A stretch of DNA of 64,000 bases, taken from assembly GCA_948543815.1 (NCBI GenBank), contig CAOVHW010000001.1, positions 138,413 through 202,412 on the forward strand, in the 5' to 3' direction. Numbering within the stretch: position 1 is the first letter of the stretch; every line of letters starts with the position of its first letter. Made by a program: the position numbers and the translations under genes. Below the pieces are notes generated by a model that ran no database searches, was not told the origin of the DNA, and saw only the letters and a list, made by a program, of their open reading frames with translations. This DNA is from an uncultured Eubacteriales bacterium (GTDB lineage: Bacteria > Bacillota > Clostridia > Lachnospirales > CAMVHY01). Below, in pieces: positions 1 through 9,220 of this stretch.

Positions 1-569
1 CTGAATTATTTTTAAATGTCGTAGTAACAATGATAGCCGCATTTTTTTTCGTTAAAGATAAAATTTTGATACGAGAATTTTGCCAACATATTGTACCAAA
101 AAAAATTTTAGTTACATTTGGGCAATTAAAAAAAGGATGCCTACAAGGATTAATCGCTTATATTAAAGCTGAATTTATAATGATGAGTGTTACGGCTGCT
201 ATATGTACGATTGGTTTTTGCATTATAAAATATCCATACGCATTATTCTTAGGATTGGTAAGTGCAATTGTCGACGCACTTCCAATTTTCGGAACTGGAT
301 TTATTATTTGGCCATGGGCCGCTTATTGTTTTTTAAATGAAAATTTTAATCGCGCAATTATTTTACTTATAACATATTTATCAACGCGAATGATGCGTCA
401 TATTCTTTCGCCAAAACTTATTGGAAAACAAATTGGTGTTCATCCATTATTAATGCTCGCTGCAATTTATATCGGCTTGAAAATTTTTGGATTACTTGGT
501 GTAATTTTCGGCCCGATTATGATTATCACTGGAAAAATTATTTTGGAAGATTATTCAAAGAAAAATTAA
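1..569 (+). CDS. AI-2E (UPF0118/PerM) family membrane protein, YtvI-like; 5' end lies upstream of the window
   Basis: The frame is open from base 3 to TAA 567-569. Hydrophobic helices plus family-typical segments DALPIFGTG, SPKLIGKQIGVHPL and GLLGVIFGP. Confidence 0.7.
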   Translation, partial: ELFLNVVVTMIAAFFFVKDKILIREFCQHIVPKKILVTFGQLKKGCLQGLIAYIKAEFIMMSVTAAICTIGFCIIKYPYALFLGLVSAIVDALPIFGTGFIIWPWAAYCFLNENFNRAIILLITYLSTRMMRHILSPKLIGKQIGVHPLLMLAAIYIGLKIFGLLGVIFGPIMIITGKIILEDYSKKN

Positions 570-594
570 ATTGAAGAATAAAAACGTAACACGC

Positions 595-623
595 TTGACA
601 TAATATTAAAATATTATTACAAT
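595..623 (+). promoter_or_regulatory. Sigma-A type promoter, leader cassette copy 1
   Basis: TTGACA 595-600, 17-nt spacer, TACAAT 618-623, then AAGGAG 639-644. A near-identical block recurs at 2064-2092 and 4232-4260. Confidence 0.6.
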
Positions 624-653
624 AATAATATTATGCGCAAGGAGATGATTGTG

Positions 654-1859
654 ATGGCGAACGAAAATTTTAATTTAGAAAATCTTTTAAATGGTTTTTC
701 TAACCAAAATTTTGAAAATTACCAAGAGTTTGTTGATGAATCAGATGAATCAGATGAATCAACTCAAGATGAAGACTTCCAAGAATTTTTTAGTGAATTA
801 GACGAACCAACTTAAGATAAAATAACTAATATTTTAGAGAATTTACCGAATATAGAAGGTTATATCGAAAGGTTTAAAAATAGTTTAACAGAATGTTATA
901 GATTGATGCCGTTTAATATGTATAGTAATGGGGTATTTTCTGAGGATATTGATATAATTATTGCTGGAGAGCTTATTTTGATAGAGTTACGAAATAGAGG
1001 ATATATTTCTCCTGAGGAGTCTAATAGATTAAGTCAAATTATAAACGAATTGTTAAATAATGATCTATCTAATACAAGAAATAATAATGCAAAAGAATTT
1101 ATTGATTTTTTGAAAGAAAATTTTAATAATGATTCGCTAATAAAAGATAATTCTTTTCTTTTTGAGGTAGGAGAAAAGCTCTTAGAAAAAAATTCTTCAG
1201 AAATTTTAGAAGATAGGCTTAATTATATTTTAAAAATTTTAAAAGAAAGCCAACCCAACCAATATAATCAAGTTTTAAAAATTCTAAATGATGCAAAATT
1301 AAAAGAGAGATATGAAGAATTTAGAAATGCTTTAATAGAAATTTATGAAAGAGATGAAATAAACGGAACTGAAATTTTTGCTAAAGTTCTTGATGGGATT
1401 ACTGATAGAGGTGTAGAACAAATCGAAGATATTTTGTCCCTTATTGATGAAGGTGAAAAAGGAAAGCATGAAGAACAGGAAACTTTTATATCAGATGATG
1501 AAAATCCAAATGAATTAAATGAAGATTCTGATAGTGATTTTTTTCAAATATTAATGGCTCGAGAAGATATTACCGTAAGCGATATTAAGAGATTAAAGCA
1601 AGTTATTGTGAAATTAAGCCCTGACGAAGTAGTAAAATTGGTTGATGATTTAAAAAAAAATGTTGAAAGTAACGCGCCAAGGAAAAAAATCATTTCACTT
1701 ATTAAAACTGCAGAAAATTATTTAGAAGGGAAAGCACCAAATAGGCCACAGCAACCGATTAAAAAAAGACGTGAGCCTAAAAAGCCACAAATATTTTATA
1801 AAATAACTAACAAATCAAATAAGTTGAAAGCGCAGCGTAAAGGGAAAATGGTCAAGTAA
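654..1859 (+). pseudogene. Modular-repeat orphan protein, paralog 1, split by a single in-frame TAA (813-815)
   Basis: Track ORFs 633-815 and 903-1859 are in the same frame with only one stop between them. The read-through text ...FFSELDEPT*DKITNILENLP... parallels paralog 2 ...FFSKLDEPTQEKIIYILENL.... The SD AAGGAG favours a GTG 651 / ATG 654 start over ATG 633. Confidence 0.6.
735..761 (+). repeat. 3 x 9-bp perfect tandem repeat GATGAATCA (encodes DES-DES-DES)
   Basis: Read directly: gatgaatca gatgaatca gatgaatca, in frame within paralog 1. Confidence 0.9.
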
Positions 1860-1940
1860 TTTAAAACATAAAAAGATAGCTAAAAGTATGCGATAAAAAT
1901 AATTTTTAAAATCAAAATTTATACTAATTTGTCATAAATT

Positions 1941-2039
1941 TATATCGGGTTGAAAATTTTCGGATTAATTTCGATAGTTTTTAGCTTAATTATTATTACA
2001 GAGAAAATTATTTTGGAGGATTATTCAAAGAAAAATTAA
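1941..2039 (+). pseudogene. Relic copy of the last 32 codons of the YtvI-like gene (duplication scar)
   Basis: Translates in frame as YIGLKIFGLISIVFSLIIITEKIILEDYSKKN*, against the genuine 3' end YIGLKIFGLLGVIFGPIMIITGKIILEDYSKKN* at 468-569. No upstream coding body. Confidence 0.75.
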
Positions 2040-2063
2040 ATTGAGAATAAAAACGTAACATAC

Positions 2064-2092
2064 TTGACATAATATTAAAACATTGTTACAAT
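2064..2092 (+). promoter_or_regulatory. Sigma-A type promoter, leader cassette copy 2
   Basis: TTGACA 2064-2069, 17-nt spacer, TACAAT 2087-2092, followed by AAGGAGATGATTGTGATGG exactly as in copy 1. Confidence 0.6.
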
Positions 2093-2122
2093 AATGATAT
2101 TATGTACAAGGAGATGATTGTG

Positions 2123-4159
2123 ATGGCCAAGGGAAATATTAATTTAGCAAATCGTTTGAATGATTTTAAGGATCGTATACCAAATTTTGAAAAATTTAAC
2201 GAGATTTTTAATGAATTAGATGTGGACAGAAAAACTGATATAATTAATATTTTAGAAAATTTACCTAATAGGAGATATGTAGGGAAAATTACGGATGAGA
2301 TAATGCAATATTGTAGAACAGCAGATGAAACTGAAGATGGTTTCTTTACCGTAGACATAAAACTGGATATAGTTATTGAGAGAGAAATTTTATTACAGAA
2401 GTTAAATTCAAAAGGTATTGCAGAAATAGACTGCAACCAATTGAGGCAATATATAAATTATTTGGAGAATAAAGAGGCATTTAAAGTTATTAACAATTTA
2501 AGTAAAAGTTTAGATAATAGCCAATTAAGTAATAAAGTTTTTTCTACAATCGAGAAATTAAAAAAAAATATTGAAATGGTACATATAAATCGTTTAAATA
2601 ATTTTAAGGATCGCATACCAAATTTTGAAATATTCCGAAAGTTTTTTAGTAAATTAGATGAACCAACTCAAGAAAAAATAATTTATATTTTAGAGAATTT
2701 GCATAATAATAAATCTGCAAGTGAAATTACGGATAAGATAATGCAATATTGTAGAATAGTAAATGAATGTGACGATGATTTCTTTACTTTTTTAAACATA
2801 AAACACTATATAGATTTTGATATAGAGATTTTGTTAAATAAACTAATTTCAAGAGGTATTGAAAAAACGGACTGTTACCAATTGAGGTACTATATGAAGT
2901 GTTTGAATAATAAAGAGGCAAATAGAGTTATTGAAAATTTAAACAAAAATTTAAATAATAAACGATTAAGCAATATAGTTTCTTCTACAATCAAGGAACT
3001 TGAAAAAAATATTATAAAGCGTTTAAATAATTTTAAGAATCGCATACCAAATTTTGAAGAATTTAAAGAGATTTTTAATGGATTAGATGTGAAAAGAAAA
3101 AGTAATATAATTAATATTTTAGAATGTTTGTGTGGTAGGGGATATGTAAGTAAAATTGCGGATGAGATAATGCAAAATTGTAGAAAAGCAGATAAAGATG
3201 GTTCCTTTACTATAGACCCAAATCTGGATATAGTTATTGATAGAGAGGTTTTGTTAAATGAAATATTTTTTAAAGGTGTTATTAATAAAAAATACTCCAA
3301 CCTATTGATAAAATATATGAATGCTTTGGTTTTGACTAATAAAGGGCTAAATAAAGCTATTAAAAAATTAAACGAAGATTTATATAATGACAAATTACGC
3401 TATACAATTTTTTCTATAATCCAAAAAAGCCAAAAATCAGTTATAATAACTCTTTTAAACAATTTTAAGGATGACATACCAGATTTTGAAAAAGTTAAAG
3501 ATATTGTTGATAAATTAAATATATCAACCAAAGAAAGATTAATTGAAATTTTAATTCAGCCACTTAAACAAAGATATTTCAAAAATTTTGTAACTGAATT
3601 AATAAAGTTGTATGAAGAAAGCAACATGGAAAGATTTTATATAGTTATTGACAGAGAAATTTTGTTACAACGATTACGTGATCGAGAAGACTTTACACAC
3701 GATGAGCGTAAAAGGTTTAGTCAAGTTATAAATACACTAAGTAATGAGTCTGCAAAATTATTTATTGAAGATATAAAAAGTATTTTAAGCAGTAGAACAC
3801 AAAAAGAAGTAATTCTTGAAAGAATTAATGATGGGGAAAATAAGATAGAAGAAGAAAAAGATAATTTTTGTAGAGAATTAAAGAAGAAAGCTGATATTAC
3901 CGTAAGCGATACTAAACAAATAAGGAAAGTTATAGATGGTTTACCTTATGATGAATGGGACAAATCTTGTAATGCTTTGAGAGAGAATGCATTAAATGGT
4001 AAGTCAAGAAGAGAAATCCCTTCGCTTATTAATGTAAAAGAGACAAACAATTCAAATAATCCACTTCAGAAAGTTGACCAAGCAAATAAGTCAAAAATGC
4101 CGCATAAAAAGAAAATTGCTCAAATGATTTCAAAACGCTCAAAGGAAGATATACTATAA
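2123..4159 (+). CDS. Modular-repeat orphan protein, paralog 2 (four ~144-aa modules plus a C-terminal tail)
   Basis: Long ORF. The module start LN(D/N)FK(D/N)RIPNFE recurs at nt 2153, 2591, 3020 and 3452. The SD supports ATG 2123 (track start 2102 lies in the leader). No signal peptide or TM segment. Confidence 0.8.
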   Translation: MAKGNINLANRLNDFKDRIPNFEKFNEIFNELDVDRKTDIINILENLPNRRYVGKITDEIMQYCRTADETEDGFFTVDIKLDIVIEREILLQKLNSKGIAEIDCNQLRQYINYLENKEAFKVINNLSKSLDNSQLSNKVFSTIEKLKKNIEMVHINRLNNFKDRIPNFEIFRKFFSKLDEPTQEKIIYILENLHNNKSASEITDKIMQYCRIVNECDDDFFTFLNIKHYIDFDIEILLNKLISRGIEKTDCYQLRYYMKCLNNKEANRVIENLNKNLNNKRLSNIVSSTIKELEKNIIKRLNNFKNRIPNFEEFKEIFNGLDVKRKSNIINILECLCGRGYVSKIADEIMQNCRKADKDGSFTIDPNLDIVIDREVLLNEIFFKGVINKKYSNLLIKYMNALVLTNKGLNKAIKKLNEDLYNDKLRYTIFSIIQKSQKSVIITLLNNFKDDIPDFEKVKDIVDKLNISTKERLIEILIQPLKQRYFKNFVTELIKLYEESNMERFYIVIDREILLQRLRDREDFTHDERKRFSQVINTLSNESAKLFIEDIKSILSSRTQKEVILERINDGENKIEEEKDNFCRELKKKADITVSDTKQIRKVIDGLPYDEWDKSCNALRENALNGKSRREIPSLINVKETNNSNNPLQKVDQANKSKMPHKKKIAQMISKRSKEDIL

Positions 4160-4171
4160 AAATAATTTTCA

Positions 4172-4199
4172 AAATCAAATCTTTGAATTTGATTTTTTT
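4172..4199 (+). terminator. Intrinsic terminator after paralog 2
   Basis: AAATCAAAT-CTTTGA-ATTTGATTT hairpin followed by a T-run. Nearly the same hairpin follows paralog 3. Confidence 0.65.
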
Positions 4200-4231
4200 G
4201 TAAAAATTAAGGAGATAAAAAAGTAACAAAC

Positions 4232-4260
4232 TTGATATAATATTAAAATGATGTTACAAT
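4232..4260 (+). promoter_or_regulatory. Sigma-A type promoter, leader cassette copy 3
   Basis: TTGATA 4232-4237, 17-nt spacer, TACAAT 4255-4260, then GAGGAGATGATTATTATGG. Confidence 0.55.
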
Positions 4261-4290
4261 AATAATATTAAATTTGAGGAGATGATTATT

Positions 4291-4884
4291 ATGGAAACTG
4301 GACAACATTTAATTGTAGATTGGCAAAACAAATTGAAATATATTTTGACTTCAGCGGGTTATGAAAAATATTGGCCAGAAATAAATGATATTTTACAAAG
4401 TTTAGATTCACAAAGGAAAGAAAAATTAATGAATTTTTTATCGGTTAGTGAAGGTGTTATAGGAGGATTTAAATCAGCAGATTTATCAACTGTGTTAAAT
4501 GTTTTTAAAAAATTAAATTTTAATTATAGAATAGGATTAATTGATGTTTTAAACAATGGGGATAATGGTAAACAATTAAATCTTTACGAACAAGGAGACT
4601 TAATTAATGTTTTAGATAGATTAGATGAAACTGACAAATGCAATTTGATTAATGTTTTATATCAATCAAGTTTAGATAAAAAAAAGGAATACATTAGTCA
4701 ATTAAATAGGATTGGAAATGAACAGTCAAAATTAAAAGAATCAATTAATTCTATTAATGTGGGTTTTTATAAAACACAACAGGAATCTAAGGAGATGCAA
4801 CGACCAATTCAACTGGTAAATCAAAATAATTCTCAAAGTAAAAATGAAAATTATAAAAAGCAGCAGCCGCAAACTAATAGGTAA
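4291..4884 (+). CDS. Orphan protein, paralog 3 (short, divergent member of the array)
   Basis: Shares the leader cassette and LD...K..LIN(V/I)L-type segments (ILQSLDSQRKEKLMNFL, VLDRLDETDKCNLINVL). N/Q-rich tail. Confidence 0.7.
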   Translation: METGQHLIVDWQNKLKYILTSAGYEKYWPEINDILQSLDSQRKEKLMNFLSVSEGVIGGFKSADLSTVLNVFKKLNFNYRIGLIDVLNNGDNGKQLNLYEQGDLINVLDRLDETDKCNLINVLYQSSLDKKKEYISQLNRIGNEQSKLKESINSINVGFYKTQQESKEMQRPIQLVNQNNSQSKNENYKKQQPQTNR

Positions 4885-4911
4885 TCTCTACAGCAAACTT
4901 AAAAAAATTTG

Positions 4912-4939
4912 AAATCAAATCTTCGGATTTGATTTTTTT
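4912..4939 (+). terminator. Intrinsic terminator after paralog 3
   Basis: AAATCAAATC-TTCG-GATTTGATTT hairpin plus a T-run. Confidence 0.65.
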
Positions 4940-4998
4940 GTTGTAAAAATGCGGATGATTTTGATAATCTAATAATAAAATTATTTTTTGAGGTTAAG

Positions 4999-5454
4999 AT
5001 GAATAACAAAGGTTTTACTTTGATTGAATTAATAATTTCGTTGGCAATTAGTGTAATAATTTTGAGCTTAGGTTCAATTTCTTTTAATGTTGTTGAGCGC
5101 CATCGAATTGTTCAATCCGCAAATATTTTACGTTCAAATTTAAGATATTGTCAGAAAAATGCTGTCGATGAAAAAAGGAAATATGTTTTAACTTTTGATT
5201 CAAATAAAAATTTATATTATGTGCGGCGTGCGGATGATAGTGGTTTACTGCGCAAAGTTTCGCAAGTTAATTTGCCATTGGGGATAAATATTTTTACGAA
5301 TGCCAAAGAAAATTCAGTAGCTTATACTTTGCGTGGAACAACTGGAAGTGCGTGTACAATAAATTTGCGCGGTCAAAAATATTTTTTGAAAATGACAGTT
5401 AATGTTGGCTGCGGCCGCGTAAAAATTAATCCTGTTCAAAAACTTTATTCATAA
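4999..5454 (+). CDS. Prepilin-type N-terminal cleavage/methylation domain protein (minor pseudopilin-like)
   Basis: N-terminus MNNKGFTLIELIISLAISVIILSL matches the G/FTLIE class III signal followed by a hydrophobic helix. Confidence 0.65.
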   Translation: MNNKGFTLIELIISLAISVIILSLGSISFNVVERHRIVQSANILRSNLRYCQKNAVDEKRKYVLTFDSNKNLYYVRRADDSGLLRKVSQVNLPLGINIFTNAKENSVAYTLRGTTGSACTINLRGQKYFLKMTVNVGCGRVKINPVQKLYS

Positions 5455-5526
5455 AAATAATTTTGCGCATTAATTTTATTTTTGTTAAACTATTATGCGT
5501 GAAATTATTTTTTTTTGGAGGCAATT

Positions 5527-8091
5527 ATGAGTTTCTTGACAAAATTATTTGGCAATTATAGTGAAAAAGAAATTAAACGAATTCTTCCACTAGCTAAAAA
5601 AATTGAAGGTCTTGATGAACAAATGCAAGAATTATCTGACGATGAATTAAAAAATAAAACGCTTGAATTTAAAAATATGCTTGCAAATGGTAAAACTCTT
5701 GACGATATTTTACCAGAAGCTTTTGCAGTTGTACGTGAGGCAGCATTTCGTACGCTTGAAATGAAACATTTTCATGTGCAAATTATTGGCGGAATCGTTT
5801 TGCATCAAGGTCGTATCGCAGAAATGAAAACCGGTGAAGGTAAAACTTTGGTTGCAACTTTACCAGCATATCTTAATGCGCTTGAAGGCAAAGGCGTTCA
5901 TATCGTTACTGTAAATGATTATTTAGCGCAACGTGATGCAAAATGGATGGGACAAATTTTTGAATTTCTCGGCTTAACGGTTGGTGTTGTTTTAAATTCA
6001 ATGTCGGCTGATGAACGTAAACAGGCTTATAATTGTGATATAACCTATGCGACAAATAATGAGTTGGGTTTCGATTATTTGCGCGATAATATGGTTATTT
6101 ATAAAGAACAAATGGTTCAGCGTGGTTTGAATTATGCGATAATAGATGAAGTCGATTCTGTTTTGATTGATGAGGCACGCACGCCGCTTATTATTTCCGG
6201 AAGCGGCACGAAATCTACTCAGCTTTATAATATTGCCGATTCATTTGTAAAAACTTTGACACGTGGTCGAATTTTAAATGAGGACGAGGCGTTAAATCCG
6301 ATTACAAAAACAGAATTGATTGAAGAAGGCGATTTTGTCGTTGACGAAAAGGCTAAGAGCGTTACGTTGACTCAGGAAGGAATTAAAAAGGCAGAAAAAT
6401 TTTTTCGTATCGAAAATTTATCTGACCCCGCAAATCTTGAACTGCAGCATCATATTAATAATGCGCTTAAGGCAAATTATAATATGGCGGCCGATAAAGA
6501 TTATGTTGTCAAGGAAAATGAAATAATAATTGTTGACGAATTTACCGGACGACTTATGCCCGGCCGCAGATATTCTGATGGTTTACATCAAGCTATTGAG
6601 GCAAAAGAAGGTGTAAAAGTAAATCGCGAAAGTAAAACTTTAGCGACAATTACTTTCCAAAACTTTTTCAATAAATATGCGAAAAAAGCCGGAATGACAG
6701 GAACTGCTGTTACTGAAGAGAATGAGTTTCGACAAATTTATGGCTTGGATGTTGTCGAGATTAGTCCAAATAAACCTGTCATTCGTATTGATTATCCTGA
6801 TTCAGTTTATCGAACTGAAGCTGCAAAGTTTCGAGCTGTTGTGAAAGAAATTAAACAATCGTATGAAAAAGGTCAACCGGTTTTGGTTGGCACGATTACT
6901 ATTGACAAGTCGGAAAAACTTAGCCAAATGTTAAAGCGCGAGGGAATTCCTCATCAAGTTTTGAATGCAAAATATCATGAGAAAGAAGCTGAAATTATTT
7001 CCAAAGCTGGAAATAAAAATGCGGTTACGATTGCGACAAATATGGCGGGGCGCGGTACTGACATAAAACTCGGTGATGGCGTAAAAGAATTAGGTGGATT
7101 AAAAATAATTGGAACGGAACGCCATGAATCGCGACGCATTGATAATCAATTACGTGGGCGTTCGGGCCGTCAGGGTGATCCCGGTGAGTCACGATTTTTT
7201 ATTTCACTTGAAGATGATTTGATGCGATTGTTTGGCTCAGAAAAAATGATGAAGATTGTTGACGTTTTGGGTTTGCCTGAAGACGAAGCAATTGAACATA
7301 AAATTTTATCTAAAGCGATTGAAAATGCGCAGAAAAAAGTTGAGGGCAATAACTTTGCAATACGTAAACATCTTTTGGAATACGATAAAGTTATGAATGA
7401 GCAGCGCGAAATTATTTATGCTGAGCGATTGAAAGTTTTACAAGGTGAAAATATCAAAGATAACATAATGAAAATGTTAAAAGAAGTTATCACGCGCAAT
7501 GTTAATTTGTATTCAGGTGAATCCGATTTCTCCGAAGATTGGGATATCAATAATCTCAATGAATTTTTGCTGCCGATTTTCCATGAGGTCGCCGTAGTTT
7601 TGAGTGATGATGACAAAGAAGTTTTAAAAAAGTCGGATTTAATTGACCAATTATTTGTGCGTGCACAGAAAATTTATGATGAAAAAGAAAATGAGTTTGG
7701 TGCTGAGCATATGCGCGAAATTGAGCGGATTATAACTTTGCGCATGGTTGACCAGCATTGGACTGATCATATTGACAATATGGACCAAATGCGGCAGGGA
7801 ATTTCGCTGCGCGCTTACGCACAACGTGATCCGTTAGTTGAATATAAATTTTTGAGCTACGATATGTTCGAGGAAATGAGCAATAATATTCAACTTGATA
7901 CAATTCGTGGATTATTTAATGTTCGACTTGAAACGCCGCCGGAACGCGAACAAGTTGTAAAAGAAGTTTCAACAAATGTTGAATCAACCGAAAAAAAAAC
8001 GATTCAACGTAAAGAATCTAAAATCGGTAGAAATGACCCATGCCCATGCGGCAGTGGCAAAAAATATAAGCAATGTTGTGGGAAAAAATAA
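5527..8091 (+). CDS. secA: Preprotein translocase ATPase SecA
   Basis: Motifs [32 protein letters not shown] and [14 protein letters not shown]-terminal zinc motif [19 protein letters not shown] 5517-5521 precedes ATG 5527. Confidence 0.97.
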   Translation: MSFLTKLFGNYSEKEIKRILPLAKKIEGLDEQMQELSDDELKNKTLEFKNMLANGKTLDDILPEAFAVVREAAFRTLEMKHFHVQIIGGIVLHQGRIAEMKTGEGKTLVATLPAYLNALEGKGVHIVTVNDYLAQRDAKWMGQIFEFLGLTVGVVLNSMSADERKQAYNCDITYATNNELGFDYLRDNMVIYKEQMVQRGLNYAIIDEVDSVLIDEARTPLIISGSGTKSTQLYNIADSFVKTLTRGRILNEDEALNPITKTELIEEGDFVVDEKAKSVTLTQEGIKKAEKFFRIENLSDPANLELQHHINNALKANYNMAADKDYVVKENEIIIVDEFTGRLMPGRRYSDGLHQAIEAKEGVKVNRESKTLATITFQNFFNKYAKKAGMTGTAVTEENEFRQIYGLDVVEISPNKPVIRIDYPDSVYRTEAAKFRAVVKEIKQSYEKGQPVLVGTITIDKSEKLSQMLKREGIPHQVLNAKYHEKEAEIISKAGNKNAVTIATNMAGRGTDIKLGDGVKELGGLKIIGTERHESRRIDNQLRGRSGRQGDPGESRFFISLEDDLMRLFGSEKMMKIVDVLGLPEDEAIEHKILSKAIENAQKKVEGNNFAIRKHLLEYDKVMNEQREIIYAERLKVLQGENIKDNIMKMLKEVITRNVNLYSGESDFSEDWDINNLNEFLLPIFHEVAVVLSDDDKEVLKKSDLIDQLFVRAQKIYDEKENEFGAEHMREIERIITLRMVDQHWTDHIDNMDQMRQGISLRAYAQRDPLVEYKFLSYDMFEEMSNNIQLDTIRGLFNVRLETPPEREQVVKEVSTNVESTEKKTIQRKESKIGRNDPCPCGSGKKYKQCCGKK

Positions 8092-8103
8092 GAGGTGAAA
8101 ATT

Positions 8104-9205
8104 TTGTTTGAACTCGATGAAATCTACACACAAATGAATGAGTATAAAAAAAAATTAGATGATATGGGGCGATCTCTTTGACATCGATACGCTTAAATTA
8201 AAATTGCAAAATCTTGAAACTGAATTATGTCAGCCGGAAATTTGGAGTGATATAAAAAAGTCGCAAGTGATTACAAAACAAAAAAAACAGCTCGAAATTA
8301 AAGTTTTAAATTTTGAATCACTTTATAATCAATGTCAAGATATTTTTGTATTTATTGAATTGGCCGAACAGGAAAATGATTTGAGTCTTTTGTCCGAAAT
8401 TAAATCCGCTAAAAATAAATTTGTCAGTGAATTTGAATCTTTTCGTATCTCAAATTTGTTGAGCGGTGAATATGATTTCAATAATGCAATTGTTTCTTTA
8501 CATTCCGGTGCGGGTGGAACTGAAGCATGTGATTGGGTTGATATGCTCTTTCGAATGTATGGCAAGTGGTGCGACAAAAATAATTTTTCATTTAAAGTTA
8601 TGGATTATTTGCCGGGCGAGGAAGCTGGTATTAAATCAGTGACGTTTGAGGTTAAAGGCGACAATGCGTATGGATATTTGAAAAGTGAGCGTGGTGTGCA
8701 TCGACTTATCCGAATTTCACCATTTGATGCGTCGGGGCGTCGGCATACATCATTTGCTTCATGCGAAGTTATGCCGGAAATAAATGATGAAATTGAAATA
8801 AAAATTGCGGAAGATGAGATACGTGTTGATACTTACCGTTCGAGTGGTGCGGGTGGTCAGCATGTAAATACAACTGATTCCGCAATTCGTATTACACATT
8901 TGCCAACCGGAATTGTTGTTCAGTGTCAAAATGAGCGCTCGCAAATACAAAATCGTGAATTCGCAATGAATATGCTTAGGGCAAAATTATTGTCAATGAA
9001 AATTGATGAACAGCGCGCAAAATTGGAAGGCATACGTGGCCAGCAAAAAGAAATTGCGTGGGGAAGTCAAATTCGTACTTACGTATTTCATCCGTATAAT
9101 TTAGTCAAAGACCATCGTACAAATGTTGAAACGGGTAACGTTCGCGCGGTTATGGACGGCGATATCAATTTGTTTATAAATGCTTATTTAACTTTATTTG
9201 CTTAA
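8104..9205 (+). CDS. prfB: Peptide chain release factor 2, requires a programmed +1 frameshift at 8176-8182
   Basis: Frame 0 (TTG 8104, RBS AAGAGG 8090-8095) reads MFELDEIYTQMNEYKKKLDDMGRSL then TGA. The +1 frame continues DIDTLKLKLQ... with the SPF motif (RISPFDASGRRHTSFA) and the GGQ motif (SGAGGQHVNTTDSA). Confidence 0.93.
8164..8182 (+). other. RF2 autoregulatory +1 frameshift site (CTT TGA C with an upstream SD-like GGGG)
   Basis: atg ggg cga tct CTT TGA C. Classic slippery Leu codon plus a UGA stop in poor context. Confidence 0.9.
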
Positions 9206-9220
9206 AATAAAAAAGAAAAA

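Noticed and set aside
813-815. Alternative genetic code (TAA reassigned) as an explanation for the in-frame stop in paralog 1
   Set aside because: TAA terminates most well-conserved genes in the window at the expected positions (secA, prfB, tcdA, rplS and others). RF2 with a UGA frameshift site is also present, so the standard code applies.
2086-3393. Minus-strand track ORFs 2086-2436 (116 aa) and 2890-3393 (167 aa), antisense to paralog 2
   Set aside because: Low-complexity I/L/F/S/K-rich translations typical of the reverse complement of an AT-rich gene. They have no SD and lie entirely inside a better-supported ORF. Their recurrence simply mirrors the internal repeats of the sense gene.
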